A DNA stretch of 63,998 nt, counting the filler, from Sphacelaria rigidula (Eukaryota), in NCBI GenBank assembly GCA_964200075.2. It is 3 parts of 3 records of this genome, joined end to end, with 100 filler letters (N's around TTAATTAATTAA, not from the genome) between each part and the next. Parts side by side here need not be neighbours in the genome. Positions count along the whole stretch, not along the records: positions 21,586 to 43,065 come from CAXNAA020000416.1; 2 more parts are not named here. One strand, written 5' to 3'. Below are positions 25,681 through 38,676 of this stretch, one piece after another. A program made the position numbers and the translations under genes. Position 1 is the stretch's first letter, and every line of letters begins with the position of its first letter. The notes below the pieces were generated by a model that saw nothing but the letters and a program-made list of their open reading frames with translations, had not been told where the DNA came from and searched no databases.

Positions 25681-26265
25681 AATACATGCGCTGTTACTGA
25701 CCACAGGTAGCTAAAATTTACTGGGGGTGTGTACTCAATACCACAGTATAGAGAAGGGCTACCTTTGCGATTAGCAGTGGCGTGACTCAAGCAATGATTG
25801 TCGCTCAAAGACACTTCCATAATTATATCATCAGCGAAGCTGATGATCGCCTCGTCCAAGCAACCACAGTCCGGATGGGCTTGAGGCGCATGAAGGGGGG
25901 GGAAATGTGGAAGATACCTCTTTGCAGTGACATACCAGAGACTGATACCACGCATGCATGAAGAACCAGCGCAAGCAGGGACAAGGTAGGGACGCTCCGG
26001 GAGGGCCAGATTACCGAAGACCCTGTAATGCCGACGTAACTAGACAACTCGGGGTGATGCCAGGAAGAACCTAATATTAGGACGGTCCAACATCCCCCCA
26101 GGTACTGGTCGCCCCTGGCGACCACTTCTCGTCTGACCCAACTTCTTGCCAATATAAAGAGGAAACCATCGCCAGCCTCGGAGTTCCTTCGATATCAGGA
26201 CGGTAGTCTCCCCCGCAGGTCTCTGACTACTCTAGCGATACGCCTTCCTCACAGGTGAACCTACA

Positions 26266-29200
26266 TGCCCATCGATGCGAAGCTTGCGCTGGCGGCCCAC
26301 CCAGGCCATCCCGGCCTGCGCGGCGAGCACATGACGGTAGCGATAGACTGCGACCACGGACGCGGTGCTTGCTGTGGACTACGTAACCTCAACAAACGCC
26401 GCTGCTGCACAGGCATCATGCGGGGAGCAAACGTGGCTGGTACCCATACACTCATTATTTGCAAAACGTTCAGCCGGCAAGTAGCGGGACTACGCTACTG
26501 CCACTGTACCGTACTCTGCAATTATAGCGCTGTACTGTTTAGTGGCCCGCATATATATATATATGTGTGTGTGTCCTGGAGTTTCACGTCGAACATAATC
26601 CATTTCATAACAATTTTCGCGCGACGTCGGCTATATGACAGCCGATGGTCACCCTCGAACAAGTATTTTGGTCGTTGGTAAGCCATGATTGCTCAAGAGT
26701 TTACACTACTGGTGGTCGCACTGCTATCGAGCGTGGCCACCCACTCACCCCTTCTCGATCGACAGCGAGCTGGAGCAGCAATTCCCTTTCGCTCATTGTT
26801 TTGCTGGTGTCAATCGCGCGCCTGAAACGTAATAGGGCATGGATGGTGGAAAGTTTAACGACTTCTGGCACATTGACATGGTAATGTCGGTGCAGCTGCT
26901 ACTACATGCATTTGGATCATTCACACATACCACGCAATATTTGCGCATAATGGAGACCTGCATACACGGGCGCTTGCAGCGAAGAAAAAACTTGCCAAAG
27001 AAAACTGTCTCGTCAACAACACGAGCAAGTCGAAGACAGCGGACACAGCTTGGTTCCCGACCAAGAGTGTATGCCCACACAACTGCTGTCTTCCGCACGA
27101 CGCCCCGTGTTGTTTAGCATTGCCCTTTCCCGTACTCGTAGTAATCCTCAATTCGTTGGTTTCGCGGCAGAGGTTCGGCGGGGCGTACCTGCTTTCCGGA
27201 GTTATGGTTGGACTTGGCGGCTCTAAATTCGCCGGACACAGAGCCGGTGGTGCTGGCCTGGCAATTATGAGTCACGGAATGGTAGTGCCCAGAAGTACCA
27301 ACGTACGTTAAGGACTGCCTCCCTGCCCCCTAAGTAAGGCCCGTTATTATCGACACTGCTTTTCTCAGAGATGATTTTTTTCCTAGAGTTTTCGGGCTCT
27401 GGGTCAAGACTTCTCCGAGAATAAAGCGGCTTGATTTTTTCTGCGAAGCTTCATTTTTGGAGAAGTGAAAAAAATCCGGACTGCAACGCAGCACTTCGGA
27501 GAGCTGCCCTGTGAAAACGCCGTGGCGCTCGCAAGCTTTCGAGAATCATCAGGAACCTTCCCTGTCCCGACAATTTCGGGGATGTCTGAAAAAACAGAGT
27601 CGATAATAATGGGCCTAAGTGGGAGCTTCACAACATATTCACCATATATTCGCCGGGAACTACCCTCCAGCTCTGCGTAACTGCCTAACTTTAACTTTCT
27701 GACTCAGGGCGTGTCTCAGCACTTTTTTTCGATCGAAAAAGTGCGGTCAACACTTTCAACGATAGCCCCCCCCAAAACCAGCCCATGAGTGTCACGAAAA
27801 AAATGGTCATGCAGCTCCTGATGTTGGGGTTCAGACTGCATGAAGCGCCTCACATGGACGGCATTGGCGAGAACGAACCCAAGCGTGGGAATTCCCAGCT
27901 ACTCGTTGTGCTCGGTTCTTTCCATTTCGATTTACGTAACGATTTTGCCTCCCCATACCAGGCACTTTTCTGGGGGGGCTTTCGTAGAAGGTGTCCGTCG
28001 ATTTTTTTTGCCGATCTGATAGGTCCACCGCATTTATGTTCCCAGAAGGCTTCAACTTAAAATTATAATTAGCGGCGCGCGGAGAATAATTGCTCGAGGT
28101 GAAAAACAATAGTTTTCGATCGAAAACATGCGGTCGAAAGACACGAAGCGACACTTGGCTCCTATCTTACAGACCACCACGCCAGATAACACCTGTTCAC
28201 AGGACCGTGCAAACACCATCCAACTCATTCTCAGCTCCCACCGCAATCCTGCAGCATAGAGCACGAGTTGAGCCCAGGAATAGATAGACTGCAGCAGTTG
28301 GGTGTGCTTTGTTTATTTTTGTTGGCGAAAACTTGCGCATCTTCTCTCATGGTGAGGATCAGCGACGGAACTGCGTGATGCTGTGGGCAACCGAGTTGCG
28401 TGCATCCCCGTGGACAGTGAAGGCAGCACAAAGCTGCACGTTGCTGAAGTCCTCTTCACGCCGCATTGTAAGCAGAGAGAACTGATACTCCTGGGCCGTC
28501 TGCACTGCACGTTGCCCGCTTCTCTTTTGAATTCTCCTGAACGAAACACGCACACACGCACCCAAGACACTGCTCGCAAGCAATGCAGACAGTGCAGACT
28601 GCCTGTACTGTACACGAGTGATCATGTGCCGTTTCACGAATTTCAATGTATTTTTCAACCAGCGGCACCAAAACGAAAAAAATTACCTCAAATCGATTCC
28701 ACCGCCCCATTTTTTCGATCGGAAAAAAAGTGCTAAGGCACGCCCTCATGGCTAAATATTTGCTTACATAAGAAGAAAGAAAAGAAGACTGGCTTTTGGA
28801 CCACCCTTCGTCGATAGGACCGCAGCAGTAACTTCAGGAAGAAGGACCGGAGATTGTCCTTCAGCCGCAACATGATGTCACACCGTAGGATCCTTGCGAA
28901 GTCCTGTTTACATTTGCCACACCGAGATTTTTCGGCCACAACAACTCCTGCATTCATGAACGCATCGCTCCATCTCACTATCCAGTAGGTACACAACCAT
29001 GTCGGTATTTCGGCACGCTATGTTCATCTCACTGTACAGTAAACCATCGCGTGTTCACGGCGCGATGCGGCTTCTCGCCTACCCTCCGCCTACCCTCTCT
29101 CCACTGACCTAATGCTCACGCGGTTGGCGTGTTTTCGCCACTGGACATGCGCCATCTTGGTGTATAAATCTTGCATTACCTCGTCGTCCTCCACACCCAT

Positions 29201-29371
29201 CCCGAGCCGCCCCGGACTCTTCTCGTTGACTACGCTTGACTTCCGCCTAAGATCGTTCGCCATAGTGCTAGACCGGTCTAGGTCAAAACCACTAGTGCAT
29301 CTTAAGGAAGGATTCGTCTTGACGTCTGTGCACGCTAGCGGGGGCAGGCAGGGTCGTCGTGTGGAGTCCAT
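26266..29371 (-). CDS. Unknown multi-exon protein, divergent from the FNTA-like gene; probably continues left across the Gypsy insertion
   Basis: Exon 1 (29371 to ~29093, MDSTRRPC...KHANRVSIRSVER|gtaggc) splices in phase to DFARILRCDIMLRLKDNLRSFFLKLLLRSYRRR (~28904). Further candidate exons near 27256-27188, 26820-26748 (RAIDTSKTMSERELLLQLAVDREG) and 26378-26266 (STASTASVVAVYRYRHVLAAQAGMAWVGRQRKLRIDGH). Middle phases are unresolved. Confidence 0.5.
27338..27615. mobile_element. Tourist-like (PIF/Harbinger) MITE, 278 bp
   Basis: TIRs ggcccgttattatcgacactg and cagagtcgataataatgggcc, flanked on both sides by a TAA TSD. Confidence 0.9.
27707..28745. mobile_element. Non-autonomous PIF/Harbinger-like element, 1039 bp
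   Basis: ~35-bp imperfect TIRs gggcgtgtctcagcactttttttcgatcgaaaaa and tttttcgatcggaaaaaaagtgctaaggcacgccc, with a 3-bp TCA duplication on both sides. Confidence 0.85.
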
Positions 29372-29706
29372 GGCAGCTCCCCCGCGTATGTTTCAAGTAC
29401 GATTCCTGTTCTCGTTGTTTCGCCGATCTTACCAGCGCAGCACGGTACCGGAAATATAGTTGTGGGGAAGATAATCGCAGCACCTACTCTCGTGTCTGCA
29501 TGCCGAAGTGAGCAAACGGCACATGAAATGAATCCGCTCCTTCCTCACTTGTTCTTTTACTGATGCACTCGTATACCAACCGGAACATGAAACATGAAAC
29601 GCGGCGCAATTGCGTTGCTACGCAGATATCTAGGCCATTGTCATGTTCGGCTGCGGTGAACTCCACGGCGCAGAGTCCCCTGTATGGTGACACGTTACAG
29701 AGGGCG

Positions 29707-32700
29707 ATGGACATGCCAGACCTGCGAGCGCCTCTGGAGGGATTCGAAGATGTCACGCCTATCCCTCAGGAAGATGGAAATGACCCTGTGGTGCCCATCG
29801 CATATCCGCAAAACTGTAAGTTCATCCAAACTGGACTGTCTTGTGTCGGTTGTACTGTTGTAATCCAAACCATTGTCATTTTTCTGTCTAGTGTTGTACT
29901 GTACGCTCACCACTTCTCGATCATCACCGTAGGTGATGGTGTATATCATCCCCGGCGATGTGCTTTAGGACTTTGATTTCCTCTCAAGAAGCGGTCTCAT
30001 ACTATGAATAATACTAACCGCCATAGATCCCAACGAGATGTTTCTAAAGGCACCAAATTCGGAGGCGTGGCCGCCGTATTTTGTGAGAAAAACGATTGGA
30101 ACATATTTAACGGGGTGATATACGCCGTCATCAACCTTTTACCACCTGCTCTACTACCTTCGCATGCGTGCTCTGTGCTATGCTGTATGGTACCAGTACC
30201 AGTTTTCGTACTCTGTTCCTGATCTTGATGCGTGCATAATTAGCGCAATTCAGCGGTGCCAAGGTTTCATATATGCAGGAGGCTAGCACTTGCTACTAGC
30301 GATTTTGAACTCTCAATCACCCGTTACAAGTATTGTGTTTCGTTTCTGCCCCTTGTCTGCTGTAGTTTACAGCGAGTCTTTCCGTGCATTTTTAGAGTAG
30401 CCCCTAAAGCACAGTACAGTACGTCCATCTTGTGACCAGGCTTGGAGTCATGGGGGGATCAAGCATCAAGTCACGTGCGATAATCGGTTAGTGTGTGACA
30501 AACAGTCAGTCTAAATTCATTCCATCCTATCGAGACAGCTGATTCGTACATGGCGGGCTGTAGCAGCTCCCTAGTTGATGGTTTTTGAACCTCGATTTCT
30601 CGAATTCTGCGGTGAGGACGCTGCGCTGCCGAGCTTTGATTCGTGGGACGGATCTCTCATCAAAGTACAATGCTTAATTCTTTGAGCACGAGCTGTTTGG
30701 CTTATTTCCTGTTGAAGTGACCTGATACGAGAGTCATTACACGAAGTGGGTAGTGCTTTGGCATGGATGGATTCAAATGGAGTGCTTTCTTCGCGGTCAC
30801 ACGATTAACCACCTTCACTGCAGTGCATCTGACACGGGAGAGGAAATTCCCGTCGGTAAAAAACAAACACAAAACTGTTGTGATGGCGGGTCTTGAAGCA
30901 GTCAATCCGTCTCCATACTAACGCCTGGGGGTTCTTGGTTCTAACTGCAGTGTTCAGGTGCGCTGGGTCGAAAATATAACAGCGAAATATATGAATCGGC
31001 GAGTGGTTGAAAATCCATCAACCATCGCAAATCAAACTGAAAGTACCATCGTGAAAAATTGAGATATGAAGGATACGAGGATCTTCCTTGAAATTCTGAT
31101 GGCCACCAGAGGGTATGCTAAATCGAGGTTTGAAATGTGACTATTTTGGCGGGTTGTTAACCATCTTTCAAGTTGGAGAGAACAAACTGAAGGAAAACAT
31201 GCGAGCCGTCTAAGCGTACAGAGTCACTCACAGGGAAACAGGCAGCTACCGTGCCGCTCTAGCCAAGGGTACCTCGGCTGGTACGGCCTCATTTACAGCT
31301 ACCGCTCGGTCGGGCAGCGATGTCTGGCTTCGGACTTCCAGAGCTGCCTGTAAACTTGCTGTACAGTGTGTTACGATACGGTACTCGACTGTGTGAAAGT
31401 CAACTTCCCATGAACGTTCTATCCTGAGCAACCTCCGACGCGCGCCTCACGCACACTGTACCGTACAAAGCTTGGTTTCATGCGTTAACTATCTGGTATA
31501 ATATGCACTTGTAATCATGGGTAGTGCATGCAGATAGCGGAGCGTCACGCGCGCATGTCGTGTGATGGTTGGGTGCTGCCGTGTTGTTTCTGTGCAAGTT
31601 TAGAGCGAGTGCCAGGTTGTCTGCAAACAGCGTCACACTGCATATATGCCGTACTTCTATCTTCAACGCAAAAGTTACCGGTAAAAGGCGAATCGGATTT
31701 CGCTGCGGCCAAACTGTCTAGATAGGGCGATGTGTTACGGGGGCGGAAATTGCTCTCTGATATCGTGTATATGCCACTTCCGAGCATTGGAGACACGAGG
31801 AGCACCGTTCTTTAAAAAACATGTGAATGTAAATGAGCTTTCAATGGCAAGATCCCGTCACAAATGTTGCCCCAGAAACAAAGTTTTGTATGAAATGGAA
31901 CTAAGGTGTGGCGGCCTATGTTCGGGCATGGGTCTCTTGGTTCCCAAGGAAATCAAGGTTGCATATCATCATCTGCTTGTACCGGGGTTGTTATGCGCTG
32001 CCACCCACCGTACTCGCTGTGTGTTGCTCTGTTTGTGTATCCTCTTTACTAGTGCGATGTGTGTGGTTGCCAGAGCGTACTCGAGTCACTGCCACGAAGC
32101 CATGTTGAAATCCTTGTCCAGGACTCATGTGCACGATATTCACTTCTCATGCTTGGCAACAGACGTGGTAGCTTCGGACTACCTGCGGGCGTTCCAGGCC
32201 TCTGGAGAGATGAGCGAACGGGTGTTGGCCATTACTCGCCTAGTGCTGGAATACAATCCTTCTCACTACACCGCGTGGTGGTTCAGGCGAAGGTAACGGG
32301 GAAGGAAATATGACTGCTTCGAGGCAGCACCGTGTTCGGGATGGCAGTTGAAATATCTATTGCGATACCTAGTAGGAGCGTGGAAATGGCACCACCTAGT
32401 AGCATGTGTTCAAGTCGGCACTAAAGACACCTGAAGGCGACTAGACTTTGAACATCGCGGCGGACGTACAAGAAGTGCTATCCATCACTCGGGTTGTCGA
32501 AACCGCGAGCGTTTTTCCTTGGGAATCATTCTGTCCTTGCACGACTTACGTGAGATGAAATGTCACAGCACAGCAACATTTCAGTGGGCTAGTCAAGATA
32601 CTTGACGTTGGCAGATCAAGCTAGTAAATACGGTGAATTCTACTACTCACTCAAGTATGTTTGTGCGTGGTTCGCCTTCCTGCAGGATCGTGTTCGCACT

Positions 32701-35700
32701 GGGAATGGACCTGGAAGAGGAACTGGAAACGGCCAGCGAAATTGCTGGCGATAATCCCAAGAACTACCAAGTGTGGTGAGACAGAAGGCACACAGGCACT
32801 GTCCTTGCCAAACTGCACAGTTCGTGGCTGGATCATGCCATCACAGAATGCCGTACACGTACAGAAATATATGGCGTGTCACGGCATCAACCCCGCCGGC
32901 ATCATGAGCACACCAATAAGAAAAGCACCACGAGTTGCTTGTGCGGTGAAGGTTGCAACAAAATTGAAGAAGCGAACATCAGTAGCTGCTGCTACGTGTG
33001 GAGAGAGACGGGGAGAGTTCAGAAATGATAGTTGCGATGGATGTAATACCTTGCGCCGCACCTATCGCTCACCCACACGCATCTCTCGCTTCCCTGTTTC
33101 CGTCACCACGTTGAATGCGATCAATATTTTGCAATGTCCGTGGGTAATCCCACAAAGCACAACGTAAGCTCGCACACGACGGCTGGTATGGTGCAGGTGG
33201 TGGTAGGTGCTGAATACATCGATATCACCACTGCGAGCGGTGTTATATAGACTACAGGGGATAGCACACCCCCGGTGATACTTAGTTTTGTAATCACGGC
33301 GCTATGACGCTGGGACATATATCGCTGGAAATAGTCCGCTGATATGTACATCTCCACGGCCTATGCAAGGAATGTTCAGTGTGTCTAGGATCTTCCCAGG
33401 GGGACGTGGAATTTGAAAAATTCTCATTGGGCAGGTTCTATTCCGTGTAGTTGACGGTACTCGAAACTAGCGTTATGATGGGTGTAACAATATCCGTGGG
33501 GGTGAGAAAAAGCTATCGAGTGGCACCTACAGGATCAGCGCCCGCTTGCAGTAACTGTTCACGTAGTAATCCGCAGTAGCGAGCAGAGTGCACCGCAACT
33601 ACTGGTGTGCAGAATTTCTGCACACCAGTAGTTGCGGTGCACTTTGCTCTGTCACGAGCAAGTCATTCGGGGATGTTGACCCACATCAAGTAAACTCTGA
33701 GCCTCCACAAATGCCCACCGCTTCCACTTATGCATCACATTGAGAGAGGAAGTTCAACTCTTTCGTCATCGTGGACAGGCAGTGCTGCAGCAGAATCGGC
33801 CCATTGCCCTCTTACGCCGATGACCTGAAACCGCAACAATCAGTTCGATCTGCTTGCGGGGTGGTGGTTTTCATGTGTGGGACCGATACCCCCATGCAGT
33901 GTCTCGCACTGTGCTCAGGTATAGTCAGCCGAGCACGATGCTGCTACAGACAGTTGGAGATGCTAGTTTGGCCCCTAGCGATGCCCGGGCTGTTCCACGA
34001 CACCATTCTGACCATAGAAAACTAATATATTTTCCTTTTTTCCCTGGGATGCTCCTCCCGGATACACTTCATCGTAGACTGCACCCTTTTGATGAATAAG
34101 TCGTACGTTAAGGCGACGCTCGCCCTGTCCAAGCACTACATACACCTGCGCACCGTTGGCACGGAGGCGGCAGCACTGGCCTATTTCTCGTGCTTTTACA
34201 GCTCACCATCAAAACCTGAAGGAAAAAAATTGTGATTTGCCGGTTTATTCTGCTGAACGCAGGGTGCTCACTGACGCGGTCATCGTAGCGTTCTGCACTC
34301 GGGTTTAACCTATACGAGGGAAAAATCAGCGCTAAAATTGCACACGTCAACGAGAACCGGGCTCATGAGTCGACCCCTCGATGGAGTGCCCCGAACAACC
34401 CGCCGTCCCTAACAACAGGAAATGGAAAAAAAACACAGGAAGAGGGCACTGGGGGGAAAATCTCGGGGGGGAAGGCCTGAGTCGGATTAACTTTGTTTGG
34501 GTGCGTGCGTGTGCGTGTGTCGCACGTATAATCCACTCCGACAAATTATGAGGAGAAAAGCACTGCCGCTCGTGCACCCAGCCGCACAGGGAATCCAAGA
34601 TAGTGGGTGTGGCGTGTGCTGGAACAGACAACACCGTGGCGACTCTATTACGCTCTTCTGTAGTTTTTTTTGTATCTAGTCTACCGGGGCCGCCATGCAC
34701 GCCGTACCGTTTCTACAAGGGGAGGAACGCAGCGACGAAGAGAGGAGACAACACTGTACTACCTTGTACTCTACTACGCGTTTTAGTTGTGCTTCGTCTA
34801 TCCATGCGGTCACCCATAGGCCGGTTCATCTGTTGCTTCGACATAATTTTCTCTTGAAAAATGAATGTACAGACAGTACAGCCCCAAGCAATGCAGGAGG
34901 GCAGCGTGTGTGTCATGTGCCCAGAAGGCCTTGTGTGGTTCTATTCGACCCGACCGGACGGATACTTCGCGTGTCACTGACTTGGTCGATTTTTCCATCA
35001 GGGCGATCCACGATCCGGCTCACTTTATGAAAGAATTCCAGTATCTTTAGGCCCGAGTAGCATCTCTATCAATACTACAGCCTCGTTGATGGTCATTTTG
35101 TACTATTATATCAACCGACCGGTCGCCCCGGTGACTCAGTTGGTAACCTCGACACCTTCTCACGGTTGGGTCGTGGGTTCGAATCTCGGAGCGATCTGGA
35201 TTTGCTTTTCACCCAATGTCCAACAGTGGAGAGCGACTCGTGGGTACACAAAATTCGACTTGACAGTCAACGAGGGAAAGGGACTGCTGAACCCCTATCG
35301 TGATAATAAATAAAGGCAAGCACCGCAGACGGAAATATATGCGCAAACGTTTGGCGAAAAATATGAGCAGCCGCCCATGTTTGCCCTTTTCGTTTTGCTA
35401 TCCAGGTATCATCGTCGAGCATTGGCTGAGCGCAGAGGAGACCCCGGGGATGAGATGGAGTACGTTAACTATGTTCTATCAGAGGACCCCAAGAATTACC
35501 ACGCGTGGGCCCATAGGCAGTGGATATTACAGGTGGAAAACCGATGAGGGACTATTGCATCGTTGTGTGAATTATAGTAGACCGACTCGATTTTGCAGAC
35601 AAGCGAACTGTTAGATGCAGGTTACGAACGGTATGAATCGTTCGTCCAATGCTACCGCTGCGTCTGTTCCGTGTCCGTGATTTGTGTACCAGCAAGGAGT

Positions 35701-38676
35701 ACTTTAGTAGCTCGCCTTGTTGTGGTGTTTTGTGTTGGTGTTGCAGAAAACCTCCTTCCCTGTCGTTATCCGCGATGAGCTTCTATCCAATACAGCATGT
35801 GGATGAACGTACCCATTGGTGTCACTTAGCCGTTGGCTGCGTGTACGCTGAAATGGCCTGTATGGGGCACCGCGATCGATAGCAATCGATAGATCGAGTG
35901 GGCGACTGAGCGCACATGACATCCTGGAAATAGCTGTTCACTGATAGTCGTTGTGTTGCGTCTCATGTACTTCTAGGCATGTATCTCACCGCGCAAAGTG
36001 CTTCAGTTTCGCTTCTTTTGGTACGTATCAAATTTTCATACCTCGGAAGAACCCAAAGTCTAATGCTGAATCCAAAACGCTTGAGTTATGACAGGTTATG
36101 TGCGCAAAAGTGGAGTTCTGTAATTTTGCCCAATACTATAATCCACCGCTTGTCGGTCTTGCTAATGAAACCGACTGACTGAACACGACGATGCTCAACA
36201 TATCGAAGTGTGCCGAAGGCTATGATTTATCTGCCAATGCTCTTGATATAGCTAGCTGCAAATGCAGTGCCGCTCAGCAAGCGTGCGCTCGCACTGGGAG
36301 CATACTTCGTAGATGCGCAGTCCTGTTGGCGTTATTTGTCAACGGTATCAAGGGGCCGCAATGTTTTACTCTGAGTACTGACTTATGCTCCCGATAGACA
36401 CTGTCGTCACACACGAGCCTGGTGGTGAATAGGGAACATATTTATTCCCGACAAGCTGGTTCCACGAAGAGACACGAGAATCGTTGTCACCATCGTTTCC
36501 AATAGTTGCGAGTAGGAATCCTCATCTTTGCACGGATCCACTTGATACTGAGAAAAGCGCAATACTATGGCCCGACCTAGGGCGAGACGTCTTGCTCCGT
36601 GCTGACACGGGCAGTTTCACAACGGGTTGCATTATGTGATATTGGGTTTTCGGCGTTTTGTGCACGTATGATGTCCGGATACATCCCATTGCTTCAGAAA
36701 TCCATGACGATTGCGTACAGCGTTCTGGGCAAACCTAAAAGGGGCCAGAGAGCTTCCTCGTGCCGATTACGTTGATACCAAGCAACAGGCCGCTGTAGAC
36801 TGTGGCATACACCGCTACGCCAACGCTGGTAAAATTGACTTTGTTTGTCTAGTCAGTCATACTGGCGAGGCGATTGTATGACTGCGCCCAAATGTAGCTG
36901 TTCCGCTTCGATCTGTACAGAACTGGGCAGTGTCCAAATTATTCGACTTGTGGAGCATGAATTTCATGCGTACAACCTTCAACGTTGTTCCGAATCATGG
37001 GGATTATAGTTCGTTGCTTTTGACTTCATCCCCCACAGTTCGAGAGACTCGCAGTCAATGACGGTCAGTGTTGCTCGCCGGGAATCATGATTCTTCCAGT
37101 GAAATTGTGTCACAGGGTGATACAACCATTCGAAATTCGTTGGATGTACCCACTTGTCTGTTTCCCATCGATGAGTCAACCCCCTCACCCTCGACCCCGC
37201 ATTCCAGACTTGAAAACACACGTTGGCGCCTAGGACCACGAGCTAAAAACGTTTCGGCCCAATATGAAGGCCTAAGATCACTAGCGGAAGATGTCTCAGA
37301 TCACGAATTGAGCACTACGGGTCCCCTTGGGTGATTCTGTCTGCTATCCGAGGTCATACGTTGCAAAGCGGCCGCGTGTAATGCCCCGGAGGCTTGACGT
37401 CACTGGCCCTCGCCTTCCCGAGTCTGTTTGTTCAGCCCCCTTCCGAAATGGAAACATCTGTGAAGGCATAAAGCCCTTTCTTGATTTTCAGTAACGTTGG
37501 GTGTTCTGTCATGAACATTTGGTCTTGTATGTTTGTTACCACCAGGAATTCAAGACGCTAAATGACGAAGAAGGTCGACGGGCCGAGATCGCCGAGGTGG
37601 ACAGGCTGCTGCGGCAAGACCTGAGGAACAACTCAGCGTGGAATCATCGGTGGTTCGTATTGCACTCCACGTTGGGATCGACAGCACTTCCGGACGAGGT
37701 ATAGGGGAGCGAGGCTTTGAAATTTCGCTGCTGCTTCATGTTGCGACTTGCGTTTACACCACACGAACTTGTGTACCGAGCGTTGAACAGTGCTACGGAT
37801 ATACAAAAACGATTAGCAAAAGGATGAGCATTATGTTGTTGTTTGCTTCTTCATGGTCTTGTCCTATTTCACTCCCTCATATCGTTGTCGTTCTATAAAT
37901 AAACATCGTTCCCACACCTCATGTCCTTGTGAAAATTTGCACAGGTGGTGAGGGCCGAACTTTCATACGCCTTGGAGTATGCAGAGGAAGCCCCCAGCAA
38001 CGAGAGCCCGTGGAACTATGTACGAGGCTTTTTCCGAACAGGGCAACGGGAGTACGCCGATTTTCCCGAGGTCCGGGACCGCGTGCTGAAGTTGCAGGTG
38101 ATACATGTGGCGGTGCATTGCGCTCCATCTGGTTGCGTCAGCTGTGGTGTCACGTGTTCTTCACGTTATCGACGACTCGTCCACTACTTTGCCTTCTTGT
38201 CGAAACCAAGTAACGGGGTTTTGCCTTTGACCTCATTTTCCCAGATTTTCATGCTGTTGGCGGATGGTGTCGTTGTACGTTGCTGTGGTTGTGCTGCATT
38301 GTGTGAATTGCCCCAGATTCCTGGCATGAAAAATCTGTGAACAGTAACAGGATAGCACGGACGTTTGCCACCACATCCATGACTGATCCGACCTTCCTCA
38401 CCATTTGCCTGTCTACCATGTTCACCGTGGTGGGGTACGTGTGTGAAACTGGCGGTGTGTTGCTTGAAACTGCAGAAAACGGATGCTGGTGCGAAGAGCC
38501 AACACTTGCATGGGCTGCTGTTAGATATTTATGAACAGGAAGGGACGGAGGAGGCCCTCAACGAGACGATCAACATCCTGCAGCATCTTCGGGACGATCT
38601 AGATGTAATACGAGCAAAGTACTGGCAAGCGCGTGTGGCAGTGAACACGAGGCGGCTGGAATACGTTGTAGGATGA
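29707..38676 (+). CDS. FNTA: Protein farnesyltransferase / geranylgeranyltransferase type-I alpha subunit (7 exons, ~320 aa)
   Basis: Phase-consistent exons 29707-29815, 32163-32292, 32686-32775, 35406-35532, 37546-37698, 37945-38097 and 38476-38676. Motifs: DVTPIPQEDG..PVVPIAY, PPTA repeats NPSHYTAWWFRR, NPKNYQVWYHRR, DPKNYHAWAHRQW, DLRNNSAWNHRWF, PSNESPWNYVRG, and the C-terminal DVIRAKYW. Confidence 0.96.
33581..33649. repeat. Near-perfect 69-bp palindrome (34-bp arms, 1-nt centre) in FNTA intron 3
   Basis: gagcagagtgcaccgcaactactggtgtgcagaa-t-ttctgcacaccagtagttgcggtgcactttgctc, with one mismatch. Confidence 0.95.
34020..34420 (+). repeat. Diverged dispersed repeat, with related pieces at ~49870-50255 and ~61180-61230
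   Basis: Shared segments such as cgatggagtg.ccc...caac.cgccgt.cc and tttccc..tgggat.ctcc..ccggatacactt. Confidence 0.55.
35119..35345 (+). mobile_element. tRNA-derived SINE, copy B (3'-truncated), just upstream of FNTA exon 4
   Basis: ccggtcgccccggtgactcagttggtaacctc...ggtcgtgggttcgaatctc (B box GTTCGAATC), followed by the shared body. Confidence 0.8.

Larger units (their letters stand above)
21720..26253 (+). mobile_element. Internally deleted Ty3/Gypsy (chromovirus-like) LTR retrotransposon
   Basis: 5' LTR remnant 21720-21848 (cut by the gap) followed by a PBS-like TGGCGACACCAG. 3' LTR ~25728-26253 (TGTG...CACA) after a short G-run. Integrase C-terminus FKPGQKVLLY...PKLQLPWRGPF...HLKKY, then a chromodomain. 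No RT or RNase H is recognisable. Confidence 0.88.

Noticed and set aside
35119..35195. Possible tRNA gene
   Set aside because: No proper cloverleaf or acceptor stem, and it is attached to a dispersed repeat body; it is a SINE head
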